Notes under the pieces: model-generated
Told to the model about the DNA's origin: nothing
The model's database searches: none
The model's input: the letters and a program-made list of their open reading frames with translations, nothing else
In this document: in pieces, positions 16,994 through 26,660 of the stretch
Layout of the letters: each line of letters starts with the position of its first letter
Numbering within the stretch: the first letter of the stretch is position 1
Source of the DNA: an uncultured Actinomycetes bacterium
GTDB lineage: Bacteria; Actinomycetota; Actinomycetes; S36-B12; CAIYMF01
Length of the DNA stretch: 32,000 nt
Direction: 5' to 3'
Assembly (NCBI GenBank): GCA_963843975.1
Contig: CAWJMG010000001.1
Location: forward strand, 330,001 to 362,000
Translations under genes and position numbers: made by a program

Positions 16994-17632
16994 GTGCGCA
17001 CACTCCTCGAAGTCATCGGCTGGGCCAGCACGGTCCTCGTGGTCGTCTCCCTCACCCAGGCCCGCGTCCTGCGCTTCCGCTGGCTCAACCTCGTCGGCGC
17101 GACGCTCGCCGTCGTCTACAACGCGGCGCTGGCCATCTGGCCGTTCGCGGCCATGAACCTCGTGATCGCGGTGATCGACGTCTACTGGCTGCGCCGGCTC
17201 CTGCGCGACCGGCACGACCCCGAGGCGTACTCCGTGATCGAGGTCTCCCCCACCGACGGCTACCTGCGGCACGTGCTCGGCGTCCACCTCGACGACATCC
17301 GCACCTTCCAGCCGACGTACGCCGCACCGGTCGACGACGGCGGATCGCGCTTCGCCTTCCTCGTGCAGCGCGAGGCCGAGACGGTCGGCGCGGTCGTCGT
17401 CCGCGACGACGGCGACGGCCAGGGCCTCGTGGAGCTCGACTACGTGACCGAGCGCTTCCGCGACTGCTCCCCCGGCGCCTTCGTCTACGGCACCAGCGGG
17501 GTGTTCGAGGAGCACGGCCTGCGCCGCCTCGTGGCCGCACCCGAGCTCGCGCACTGGAGCGACTACCTCACCCGCGTCGGCTTCCGCCGCGTCGGCGACA
17601 CCTGGATCCGAGACCTCGCCCCCGCTGCCTGA
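16994..17632 (+). CDS. fusion of a three-TM CBU_0592-like membrane domain with a C-terminal GNAT-like domain of unknown function
   Basis: GTG start, 212 aa. The N-terminus VIGWASTVLVVVSL...WLNLVGATLAVVYNAAL...WPFAAMNLVIAVIDVYWL resembles small three-TM CBU_0592-family proteins. The C-terminus (...FAFLVQREAETVGAVVVRDDGDGQGLVELDYV...LTRVGFRRVGD) has a GNAT-like strand/helix pattern but no clear acetyl-CoA loop. Assignment from memory. Confidence 0.6.
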   Translation: MRTLLEVIGWASTVLVVVSLTQARVLRFRWLNLVGATLAVVYNAALAIWPFAAMNLVIAVIDVYWLRRLLRDRHDPEAYSVIEVSPTDGYLRHVLGVHLDDIRTFQPTYAAPVDDGGSRFAFLVQREAETVGAVVVRDDGDGQGLVELDYVTERFRDCSPGAFVYGTSGVFEEHGLRRLVAAPELAHWSDYLTRVGFRRVGDTWIRDLAPAA

Positions 17633-18400
17633 TCAGCGGGGCTGTGCCTTCTTGGCGACCTTCTTCGCGGGCTTCGCCGGCGTCTTGCTGACGGGCTCTC
17701 GCACGAGCACGGTGAGGTTCTGGCGTCGGGTCTCGAAGAGCCCAGTGGCCTCGACGAGGTCGGAGAACTTCGCATAGCCGTAGTTCCGAGAGTCGAAGGA
17801 CGCCTGGTTGCCGATCTGGTTGCGCACCTCGGAGAGGTGCGCCCAGCCGTCGTCGTCCGTCGCAGCCGCGACCGCAGTGCGCAGAAGCTGCACGAGGCGA
17901 GCGTCCGCCCGAAGCTCCGCGCTGGTGGCGCGTTTGGTCGTCTGACCGGCGCCCCCATCGGAGGCGACGAGCGCGTCGACGTACGTGAAGGTCGAGCATG
18001 CGTTGACGAAGGGCTCCGGCGTCTTGCGCTCGCCGAAGCCGTGAACGGAGATTCCCGACGCCCGCAGTCGCATGACCAGAGGTGTGAAGTCCGCGTCGCT
18101 GGAGACGATCGCACACCCGTCCATCACCCCCGAGTGCAGGAGGTCCAGAGCATCGATGACCATCGCGATGTCGGACGCGTTCTTGCCCTTGCTGTAGGCG
18201 AACTGCTGCACCGGCTGGATCGCATGCGCATGGAGGTTGTCCTCCCACGGCCTCAGGGATGGGGACTTCCAGTTGCCGTAGGCGCGACGCACGTTGGCCA
18301 CGCCGAACCGGGCCACCTCGCCGAGGATCACGTCGATCTTGGACGCCGGTGCGTTGTCGGCGTCGATCAGGACCGCGATGCGCTTGTCGTCGTCCGCCAT
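17633..18400 (-). CDS. NYN (LabA-like PIN-fold) domain protein with a C-terminal OST-HTH/LOTUS domain
   Basis: MADDDKRIAVLIDADNA...VRRAYGNW...NASDIAMVIDALD...AIVSSDADFTPLVMRLRASGISVHGFG is the NYN core. DDDGWAHLSEVRNQIGNQASFDSRNYGYAKFSDLVEATGLFE is the LOTUS domain. A Lys-rich tail follows. An alternative in-frame ATG lies at 18442. Confidence 0.85.
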   Translation of the reverse strand: MADDDKRIAVLIDADNAPASKIDVILGEVARFGVANVRRAYGNWKSPSLRPWEDNLHAHAIQPVQQFAYSKGKNASDIAMVIDALDLLHSGVMDGCAIVSSDADFTPLVMRLRASGISVHGFGERKTPEPFVNACSTFTYVDALVASDGGAGQTTKRATSAELRADARLVQLLRTAVAAATDDDGWAHLSEVRNQIGNQASFDSRNYGYAKFSDLVEATGLFETRRQNLTVLVREPVSKTPAKPAKKVAKKAQPR

Positions 18401-18402
18401 GT

Positions 18403-18416
18403 CCCCCCCCCCCCCC
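18403..18416. repeat. 14-nt homopolymer (C14 on plus strand = G14 on the NYN coding strand)
   Basis: Counted directly: gt + 14 c + tgcg. It ends 2 nt upstream of the ATG at 18400, where a ribosome-binding site would sit. If ATG 18442 is the start, it lies inside the ORF and encodes GGGG. Confidence 0.95.
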
Positions 18417-18466
18417 TGCGTCGTGAGCTCAGCTCGACCCAACCTAGCCGGGCGACAGCGTCGGTC

Positions 18467-19063
18467 TCAGCGGTCTCGGGGGACGGAGGCGATGACGGCG
18501 AGGGGCCAGAGGGCCTGGGCGCCGGCGACGATGCGCTCCACGAGTCCGACAGGGCCCGCGCCCAGGACGACGGCGGCGAAGAAGCCCAGGGTGGCGAGCG
18601 TGAGCAGCGCGAACGCCGACAGCGCGACCGTCCGCCGCAGGCCCCACGGCACGAAGCCGCGCACCGAACCGCGCGGCGACCACGCCGGCCAGGCCGTGAG
18701 CAGCACGAAGGCGATGAACGCGACGACCGAGTGCGCAGCGGACGACCCTCCGCCCGCAGGCAGCGGAAAGGCAGCGACGAGGAGCGTGAAGACACCGCCC
18801 ACGGCGAGAAGGGTCCGCCCCACCCGCGCTGCAGGGCGGAGCGCCGAGGCGGTGACCAGGTGGCAAAGGCCCGTTCCTGCGATGCCGACCGTCATGACCC
18901 AGCGGGAGGCCGCGTCGTACCCCGCGAGCTCGCTGATCGTGCCGGTGACCGAGTCGAAGCCGCCCGGCTGCAGGGAGGCGGCGAGCGTCCAGCCGCCGAT
19001 GAGCAGGACGGGGGCGAGCGACGCGGAGAGGCGCCCCCACCAGGGGACGGCGACGGGGCTCAT
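18467..19063 (-). CDS. DUF998-like polytopic membrane protein
   Basis: Internal ATG at 19063, 198 aa. MSPVAVPWWGRLSASLAPVLLIGGWTLAASLQPGGFDSVTGTISELAG is the typical DUF998 N-terminal pattern, followed by further TM segments. The longer 323-aa ORF is upstream read-through. Confidence 0.65.
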   Translation of the reverse strand: MSPVAVPWWGRLSASLAPVLLIGGWTLAASLQPGGFDSVTGTISELAGYDAASRWVMTVGIAGTGLCHLVTASALRPAARVGRTLLAVGGVFTLLVAAFPLPAGGGSSAAHSVVAFIAFVLLTAWPAWSPRGSVRGFVPWGLRRTVALSAFALLTLATLGFFAAVVLGAGPVGLVERIVAGAQALWPLAVIASVPRDR

Positions 19064-19102
19064 GCTCGGCACGCTACGGCAGGTGTCGTCTACCGTCGTC
19101 CC

Positions 19103-19513
19103 ATGACGCCGGAGGAGCTCGCCGACCTCGCGCACCTGCGCCGGGCCCGCGACCTCATGGACCGCGAGTACGCGCAGCCGCTCGACGTCCCGGCCATGGC
19201 GCGTGCGGCGCTCATGTCGCCCTCGCACTTCGCCCGCCGCTTCCGCTCGACGTACGGCGAGACGCCGTACTCCTACCTCATGACGCGACGGATCGAGCGC
19301 GCCCAGGCGCTCCTGCGCCAGGGGACGTCGGTGACCGACGCCTGCATGGCCGTGGGCTGCACGTCGCTCGGGTCGTTCAGCTCGCGCTTCACCGAGATCG
19401 TCGGCGAGACGCCGTCGCAGTACCGCGCCCGCGACCACAGCGGGCGCACTGTGGTGCCGTCGTGCGTCGACAAGGTCGCCTCGCGGCCACGGCGCACGCC
19501 GGCATCGGCCTGA
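19103..19513 (+). CDS. AraC-family helix-turn-helix transcriptional regulator (DNA-binding domain only)
   Basis: ATG at 19103, 136 aa. LDVPAMARAALMSPSHFARRFRSTYGETPYSYLMTRRIERAQALLRQG.SVTDACMAVGCTSLGSFSSRF is the classic double-HTH AraC signature. Divergent from the DUF998 gene. Confidence 0.85.
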   Translation: MTPEELADLAHLRRARDLMDREYAQPLDVPAMARAALMSPSHFARRFRSTYGETPYSYLMTRRIERAQALLRQGTSVTDACMAVGCTSLGSFSSRFTEIVGETPSQYRARDHSGRTVVPSCVDKVASRPRRTPASA

Positions 19514-19574
19514 GCCGCCGCGCCGAGCAGTAACGGAGAAGCACGGCTGCGGCGGGCATCCCTACGCTCGCGAC

Positions 19575-19973
19575 ATGGCAGTCACCGTCTCCCACATGTT
19601 CATCGCCGTCCACGACCCCGACGAGGCCCTCGGCTTCTACCGGGACGCGCTCGGCCTCGAGGTGCGCAACGACGTCGCCAACGGCGGCTTCCGCTGGGTC
19701 ACCGTCGGGGCGCCGGGCCAGCCCGTCGACATCGTGCTGTTCCAGCCGCACGGCGGCCGCTCCGAGGCCGAGGGCGACGCGCTGCTCACCCTCGTGACCC
19801 AGGGCTCGCTGCAGGCCGCGATCTTCCGCAGCGACGACCTCGACGCGACCTTCGAGGCCGTGTGCGCCTCGGGCGCCGAGGTGCTTCAGGAGCCCGCGAG
19901 CCAGCCGTGGGGCGCGCGCGACTGCGCGTTCCGCGACCCGTCGGGCAACCTCGTCCGGATCGCGCAGGCCTGA
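19575..19973 (+). CDS. VOC (glyoxalase/bleomycin-resistance/dioxygenase) family protein
   Basis: 132 aa. HMFIAVHDPDEALGFYRDALGLEV...WGARDCAFRDPSGNLVRI is the typical VOC fold pattern. Commonly paired with the AraC-type regulator. Confidence 0.85.
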   Translation: MAVTVSHMFIAVHDPDEALGFYRDALGLEVRNDVANGGFRWVTVGAPGQPVDIVLFQPHGGRSEAEGDALLTLVTQGSLQAAIFRSDDLDATFEAVCASGAEVLQEPASQPWGARDCAFRDPSGNLVRIAQA

Positions 19974-19974
19974 G

Positions 19975-19995
19975 CAGCGGTACGTCGTACCGCTG
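19975..19995. terminator. short 9-bp hairpin between convergent stops
   Basis: cagcggtac / gtc / gtaccgctg. Lies in the 26-nt gap between the VOC stop (19973) and the pruA stop (20000). Confidence 0.3.
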
Positions 19996-19999
19996 GCCG

Positions 20000-21664
<1,665 letters not shown>

Positions 21665-21704
21665 GCCGCCATCCTGCCCCTTCGCGGCGGCCGACGCCGA
21701 CCGC

Positions 21705-22184
21705 TCAGCCGAGCAGGTCGCCGATCTCCTGCGTGGCGAACCACATGAGCTCGAGCTCGGTGAGCGAGACGGCAGCGAGAGCCTGGCCGTCGCCCGCGGT
21801 GGCCTCGGGCAGGCGCAGGAGCGCCTGCGCGACCTCGCCCTCGGACTGGGAGTCGTCGACCTGCAGCGAGGCGCAGCGCGTGAGCGGCACGGCGGTGGTC
21901 ACCACGACCGCGGTGAGGTCGTCGCCGACCTCGACGTCGGCGTCGTCGACGTCGGCCGCCACGACCACGCGGCGCGGGGTGTCACCGGTCTCGGCGATCT
22001 TGGCGAGCGAGTCGAACGCCGCAGCCATGAGCGCGGCGTACTCGAGCTCCTCGTCGTCCGCGCCCTCCCAGTCGCGCCGGAGCGCGGGCAGGACGGCGTG
22101 GCCGGCCAGCGGGGCGGGGGAGATCGAGCCGCTGCGGTGCAGCTCGTGGAGGCCCCGCACGGTCAGGGGGAGGTAGACGCGCAC
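21705..22184 (-). CDS. conserved acidic hypothetical protein (159 aa)
   Basis: GTG start MRVYLPLTVRGLHEL.... High GC3 codon usage and no internal stops. Contains EELEYAALMAAAFDSL. No function recognised. Confidence 0.6.
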   Translation of the reverse strand: MRVYLPLTVRGLHELHRSGSISPAPLAGHAVLPALRRDWEGADDEELEYAALMAAAFDSLAKIAETGDTPRRVVVAADVDDADVEVGDDLTAVVVTTAVPLTRCASLQVDDSQSEGEVAQALLRLPEATAGDGQALAAVSLTELELMWFATQEIGDLLG

Positions 22185-22201
22185 AGGGCAAGCATGCCCG
22201 G

Positions 22202-23872
22202 TCAGTCGGCGTCGGACGCCGCTGCCCGCTTCGACGGCGGGTCCGCGGGTCTCGCGACGAGGCCGCGTGACGGCGCTGAGGCCACCTGCTGCGGCCGGAC
22301 CACAGTCGCCGACGGGTCCTGGGCCGCTGGCTTCGCGGCCGGGCGCACCTCAGCGGGAGCGGGCGTTGGGGCGGGCTTGGGCGTGGCCTCGGGCCGGTCG
22401 GCGGTCCGCGTGAACGAGCGCTTGCCGGTCGGGCGCGTCGCCGGGCCAGAGCCGCCCGGGGTGGCCGACCGCTTGGGCCGGTTCTTCTTCGGGATCGTCT
22501 CGAGCAGCTCGGTCAGCGCAGTCTCGAGGCACTCGGCCAGGACGTCGACGTCGGTCATCGCGTCGCGGTCGGCGTTGAGCCCGAAGAAGACCCCGCCGTT
22601 GTACGACGTGAGGCCGATCGCGACGGCCTGACCCTTGGCGAGCGGCACGACCGGGAACGCGCCGAGCATCTCGGCGCCGCCGGCGTACAGCGGGAACTGC
22701 GGCCCGGGCACGTTGGTGACGACCAGGTTGAACATGCGCTTGGACAGGCCGTTGGCGGTGCGGGCGCCGAGCGAGTGCAGCGTCGGCGGCGCGAAGCCCG
22801 CTACCCCGACGAGCGCCTGCGCCCCGACCATCTGGCCGGTCGACTTCAGCTGCTCCATCTCGTACGAGACGCGGTGCAGCCGTACGACAGCCTGCGGCTC
22901 GCCGACCGGGAGGTCGACGAGGAACGCCGCGATGTTGTTGCCACCGGCCCCGTCGGCGCCGCGGACGCTGACGGGGACGAGTGCGCGGACCTGGGTGCGC
23001 GAGGACACCGACTCGCCGCGCGTCATGAGCCACTCGCGCAGCGCACCGGCCACGACGGCGAGCACGACATCGTTGATGGTGCCGCCGTGCTGGCGGCGGA
23101 TGGCCTTGAAGTCCTCGAGCCGCGCCTCGGCCATGCCGAAGCGGCGGGCCTCGCCGACAGGTGCGTTGAGGGGGTTGGACGTCGGGGGCCGCGCGATCGT
23201 GAGCGCGGCGCTGGCCAGGCCTGCGGCACGGCGGGCGACGTGCTCTGCGGACTTGCGGACGTCGACGGCGCCCGACCGGATCGCCTCGATCGCCGCACCC
23301 GGGCTGCGCACGATCTCGGTGACGGCACCGGTGACGAGGTCGAGGTCGCTCGGCTCGGGCCGCGGCCGCCAGCGCTCGGGCGCCGGGCGCGTGGGCTCGG
23401 CGGTGACGTCGAGGATCACCTGGCCGATGTCGATCGCGCCGGCTCCGTCGACCATGGCGTGGTGGGTCTTGGACAGGATCGCGAAGCGGCCGCCGGACAG
23501 GCCCTCGACGAGGTACATCTCCCAGAGCGGACGCTTGCGGTCCAGCGGGCGCGACATGATCCGGCCGACGAGGTCCTTCAGCTGCGCGTCCGTGCCCGGG
23601 CGCGGCAGCGCCGAGCGGCGCACGTGGTAGGCGACGTCGAACTCCTCGTCGTCGACCCACACGGGGTTGGCGAGGCGGCCGGGCACCCAGCGGACCTTCT
23701 GGCGGTAGCGCGGCACCAGCGCGATGCGGTCCTCGATGAGGCTGACGAGACGCTCGTGGTCGAAGCCGCCCTCCGGCGCCTGGAACAGCACGACGCCGCC
23801 CACGTGCATGGGCGTCGTCGCCTCCTCGAAGTAGAGGAACGACACGTCGAGGGGTGAGAGCCGGTCGACCAC
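22202..23872 (-). CDS. wax ester synthase / diacylglycerol acyltransferase (WS/DGAT) with a long low-complexity C-terminal tail
   Basis: RLSPLDVSFLYFE N-terminus and the catalytic HHAMVDGAG (HHxxxDG) motif, plus NDVVLAVVAGALR and SNVPGP-like TNVPGPQFPLY. Likely GTG start at 23872 (ggagg 9 nt upstream); an alternative ATG lies at 23920. The last ~95 aa are Pro/Ala/Lys/Arg-rich. Confidence 0.9.
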   Translation of the reverse strand: MVDRLSPLDVSFLYFEEATTPMHVGGVVLFQAPEGGFDHERLVSLIEDRIALVPRYRQKVRWVPGRLANPVWVDDEEFDVAYHVRRSALPRPGTDAQLKDLVGRIMSRPLDRKRPLWEMYLVEGLSGGRFAILSKTHHAMVDGAGAIDIGQVILDVTAEPTRPAPERWRPRPEPSDLDLVTGAVTEIVRSPGAAIEAIRSGAVDVRKSAEHVARRAAGLASAALTIARPPTSNPLNAPVGEARRFGMAEARLEDFKAIRRQHGGTINDVVLAVVAGALREWLMTRGESVSSRTQVRALVPVSVRGADGAGGNNIAAFLVDLPVGEPQAVVRLHRVSYEMEQLKSTGQMVGAQALVGVAGFAPPTLHSLGARTANGLSKRMFNLVVTNVPGPQFPLYAGGAEMLGAFPVVPLAKGQAVAIGLTSYNGGVFFGLNADRDAMTDVDVLAECLETALTELLETIPKKNRPKRSATPGGSGPATRPTGKRSFTRTADRPEATPKPAPTPAPAEVRPAAKPAAQDPSATVVRPQQVASAPSRGLVARPADPPSKRAAASDAD

Positions 23873-23970
23873 CCGTGCCCACCTCCACCGCGATCGCGCC
23901 GCCGGTCGGCGCGGCCCCATCGTGTCACGCGACCCCGGGGTCGCGCGGCCCGAAGCAGACCTGGGCCCGG

Positions 23971-24618
23971 CTAGGCGAGCGGCCGGTCGAACAGTGCCTC
24001 GAGCTCGGCGAGCGTGGAGTCGTACGACGTGTGGTGGACGCCCACCATGCCGACGTCGACGGCCGCGGCGATGTTGTGCGCGAGGTCGTCGACGAACACG
24101 CACTCCCCCGGCTCGAGGCCGAGCAGCGCGACGGTGTGGTGGAAGATCCCGGGCTCCGGCTTGCGCATGCCGACCTCGCCGGAGATCACCACGACGTCGA
24201 ACATCTCGTCCCAGCCGTCGCGCGGGTAGTCGTTGCCCCACGAGTTCGACAGCAGGCCGGTCGACAGGCCGCTCATGCGGGCACGGCGTACGAGAGCCGA
24301 CATCTCGGGTGCGTGCTCGAACTGGCCGAACATGCGGTCGAGCAGGCCCGCCGGGTCGTGCGAGCTCCCGGTGCGCTCGTCGAGCGCCGCCGCGAGCCGC
24401 GCCTCGAAGTCCGGCACCGACATCTCGCCGCGCTCGAGGGCGTGGATCGGGTTGAGCCGCGCCTCGAGGCCGACCGGCTCGCCGAACCAGTCGCGCATGA
24501 TCGAGACGTACGCCTCGAGGTCGATGCCGTCGCTGGCGGCCCATCGCTGGACGGCGGTGCGCAGGTCGCCGGTGAGGACGCCGCCCCAGTCGACGACGAG
24601 GGCGCGGAGCTCGGTCAT
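23971..24618 (-). CDS. HAD-superfamily hydrolase (subfamily IA-like)
   Basis: 215 aa. LVVDWGGVLT (motif I), LLSNS (motif II), ISGEVGMRKPEPGIF (motif III Lys), VFVDDLAHNI (motif IV). Confidence 0.85.
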   Translation of the reverse strand: MTELRALVVDWGGVLTGDLRTAVQRWAASDGIDLEAYVSIMRDWFGEPVGLEARLNPIHALERGEMSVPDFEARLAAALDERTGSSHDPAGLLDRMFGQFEHAPEMSALVRRARMSGLSTGLLSNSWGNDYPRDGWDEMFDVVVISGEVGMRKPEPGIFHHTVALLGLEPGECVFVDDLAHNIAAAVDVGMVGVHHTSYDSTLAELEALFDRPLA

Positions 24619-24649
24619 GCGCCGACCCTAGCGACGCCGCCGTCCCGCC

Positions 24650-25909
24650 TCAGCGCGCCAGGGCGAGCGGCTCGCGGAGCCCGAGGTCGCGCAGCACCTC
24701 CACCGTCACGCCGCGCAGCGCGTGCCGTGCGGGCGACGCCGCGGCCGCCTCGGCCAGGGTGCGGCCGCTGCGCAGCGCGGCGTCGTACGCCGGGCGGTCG
24801 TCGGGAACGGTCCACGAGGGCTCGACTCCGGCATGCCGGTGCAGCGCCTCGGCGACGGCCGGCCCGGGCCGGCGCCCGAGCGCGCTGTCGCGCAGGCGCG
24901 TGACGAGCACGCGGACGTCGGCCCCGCGGATCGCGTCGTGCAGCTCCGAGATCCCGGCGACCAACCGCGCCAGGCCGAGCGGGTCGGCGGTGCCGACGGC
25001 GACCACGAGGTCGGCCTCCTCGAGCGCCACCAGCGCCGCGGCGTTGCGGCGCGGGGCCTGCGTGTCGAACACCAGCTCCTCGTCCGACTCCAGCGGGGCC
25101 GCGACGTCGACGACGACGAGGTCGACGAGATCGCGCGCGACGGCGAGCACCTCCGACAGCGCGGCCGCGCGCACCTCGTTCCAGCGGCCGGCCCTCGGGA
25201 TGCCCGGAAGCACAAGGAGTCGCGGGCGCACCTCTCGGGCGAGACCGGCGAGGGCCGCCACGTCGAGCGTGCCCGCGAGCGCGCGTCGGCAGGCGGACGC
25301 GAGGCCGGGACCGTCGTCGACGAGGCCGAGCACCACGGGCACCGACGGCGCCCACGTGTCGGCGTCGACCAGCAGCACCGACGTGCCGAGCCGAGAGGCC
25401 TCGTCGGCCAGGGCGACCGCGACCGACGTGCGGCCGGGCGAGCCGGCCGGGCCCCACACGGTCACGACGCGGCCGCGCGGGTGGACGTCGACGTCGGACG
25501 GGCTGGCGCGGTCGACCTCGACGTCGCCGGCATCGAGGACGCGCAGGGCTGCCGCGAGCTGTCGTACGGCGGCCCCGAGCTCGGACGGGTCGGCCTCGAT
25601 CACGGCCGCCGCGCCCCAGTGGCTGAGGCGTCGCCCGGCCTCGGCGTCGCCGGCCGCTACCAGGCCGAGCACCGGGAGCCCGAGGGTGCGCAGCCGGGCG
25701 AGCACGTCGGCGTCCAGCCGGGGAGCGTCCGCACCGACGATGACCGCGGAGCCGAGCCCGGCCGAGGCGGCGGCCAGCAGGTCAGCGGTGTCGAGGCACC
25801 GACGGGCGATCGCGAGACCGCTGGCCGGGTGCGCGAGCGCCGCGACGAACGGACCCTCCCACGCGGACGGGCCCAGCAGCACGAGCAGCGGACCGCTCAC
25901 GTCAGCCAC
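24650..25909 (-). CDS. MinD/ParA-like P-loop protein with an N-terminal receiver-like domain (TadZ/Ssd-like architecture), Walker A Lys replaced by Arg
   Basis: 419 aa, GTG start overlapping the SAF gene stop by 8 nt. The N-terminal ~130 aa (LLVLLGPSAWEG...AVIVGADAPRLDADVLARLRTLGLPVLGLV) resembles an atypical receiver. Then VVTVWGPAGSPGRTSVAVALA (GxxGxxGRT), LLVDAD and VVVD follow. Subfamily call is uncertain. Confidence 0.7.
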   Translation of the reverse strand: MADVSGPLLVLLGPSAWEGPFVAALAHPASGLAIARRCLDTADLLAAASAGLGSAVIVGADAPRLDADVLARLRTLGLPVLGLVAAGDAEAGRRLSHWGAAAVIEADPSELGAAVRQLAAALRVLDAGDVEVDRASPSDVDVHPRGRVVTVWGPAGSPGRTSVAVALADEASRLGTSVLLVDADTWAPSVPVVLGLVDDGPGLASACRRALAGTLDVAALAGLAREVRPRLLVLPGIPRAGRWNEVRAAALSEVLAVARDLVDLVVVDVAAPLESDEELVFDTQAPRRNAAALVALEEADLVVAVGTADPLGLARLVAGISELHDAIRGADVRVLVTRLRDSALGRRPGPAVAEALHRHAGVEPSWTVPDDRPAYDAALRSGRTLAEAAAASPARHALRGVTVEVLRDLGLREPLALAR

Positions 25910-26579
25910 CGACCCGGACGAGGTCGACGTCGCCGGCCCGCGCAGCGGCGACGGCGCGGTCGGCGTCCGCCACGGCGACGTCGAGCACCACTCCGAGCCG
26001 GTCGGTGACCCCTGAGGCGTCGGCCGAGCCCGGATCGGACACGAGGACGCCCTTCAGCACCAGTGCCGGCAGGACGTCGACAGCACCGCCGACGGCTGCG
26101 CCGTCGGACGGCGTCACGTAGATGTCGACCCGCTCGCCCCGGGCGAGCCCTGGCGGCGCGTGCAGCGGGTCGACCGGGACGGTCACCAGCCGGCGCGCGC
26201 CCGGCTCCCCCTCGCCCACCGCCGCGGCGGGCAGCAGCTCGCCCGCGCCCACGTCGCGGCGCAGCACCTGGCCGATCACGTCCGTGCTCGCCCCGACGTA
26301 CGCCGTCACCTGGTCGAGCGCCACGGGCACGGCCACGAGGTCGCCCTCGGCGAGCGTGCTGCCGGCCGACAGCGGACCGGCCAGCGCCCAGACCTGCACC
26401 CGGCTGTCGGCGGCCGAGACGAGTCGCGCCCCGAGCACCACGGAGAGCAGGACGAGGACGACGCCGGCTACGAGACGCACGTCGCGCGTGCCGCCACGCA
26501 GGCGGGGCGCCCGGGGGCTCGGAGGTGCCGAAGGACTGGGGTCGGAGTGCGCGGGACGCACCGGGGTCGACAGGGCCAT
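25902..26579 (-). CDS. SAF-domain protein (CpaB/RcpC-like architecture)
   Basis: Internal ATG at 26579, 225 aa. Pro/Ser-rich N-terminus, one TM segment (VRLVAGVVLVLLSVVLGARLV), then ...VWALAGPLSAGSTLAEGDLVAVPV...VGQVLRRDVGAGELLPAAAV, typical of SAF domains. Coupled to the ParA-like gene. Confidence 0.7.
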   Translation of the reverse strand: MALSTPVRPAHSDPSPSAPPSPRAPRLRGGTRDVRLVAGVVLVLLSVVLGARLVSAADSRVQVWALAGPLSAGSTLAEGDLVAVPVALDQVTAYVGASTDVIGQVLRRDVGAGELLPAAAVGEGEPGARRLVTVPVDPLHAPPGLARGERVDIYVTPSDGAAVGGAVDVLPALVLKGVLVSDPGSADASGVTDRLGVVLDVAVADADRAVAAARAGDVDLVRVGG

Positions 26580-26660
26580 GGCTCCAGGGTCCGGCGGCCG
26601 TCGTCCCCAGGCGGGAGCGTCGTCACCCTCATGGCGGTCGGCCGATGCGAGGATCTGGGC

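Noticed and set aside
17630-17635. Convergent genes end back to back in the palindrome TGATCA (TGA stop on plus, TCA = TGA on minus), leaving no intergenic space.
   Set aside because: A real observation, but most simply a compact-genome coincidence. No hairpin or other structure is associated with it.
22138-22145. Possible fourth frameshift at the GAGCTGCA site inside ORF 21705..22184. A similar site lies at 5265..5272 in tadB.
   Set aside because: Both ORFs read through these sites in a single frame with sensible protein sequence on both sides (GLHELHRSGSISPAPL and RTRAELQARQAW).
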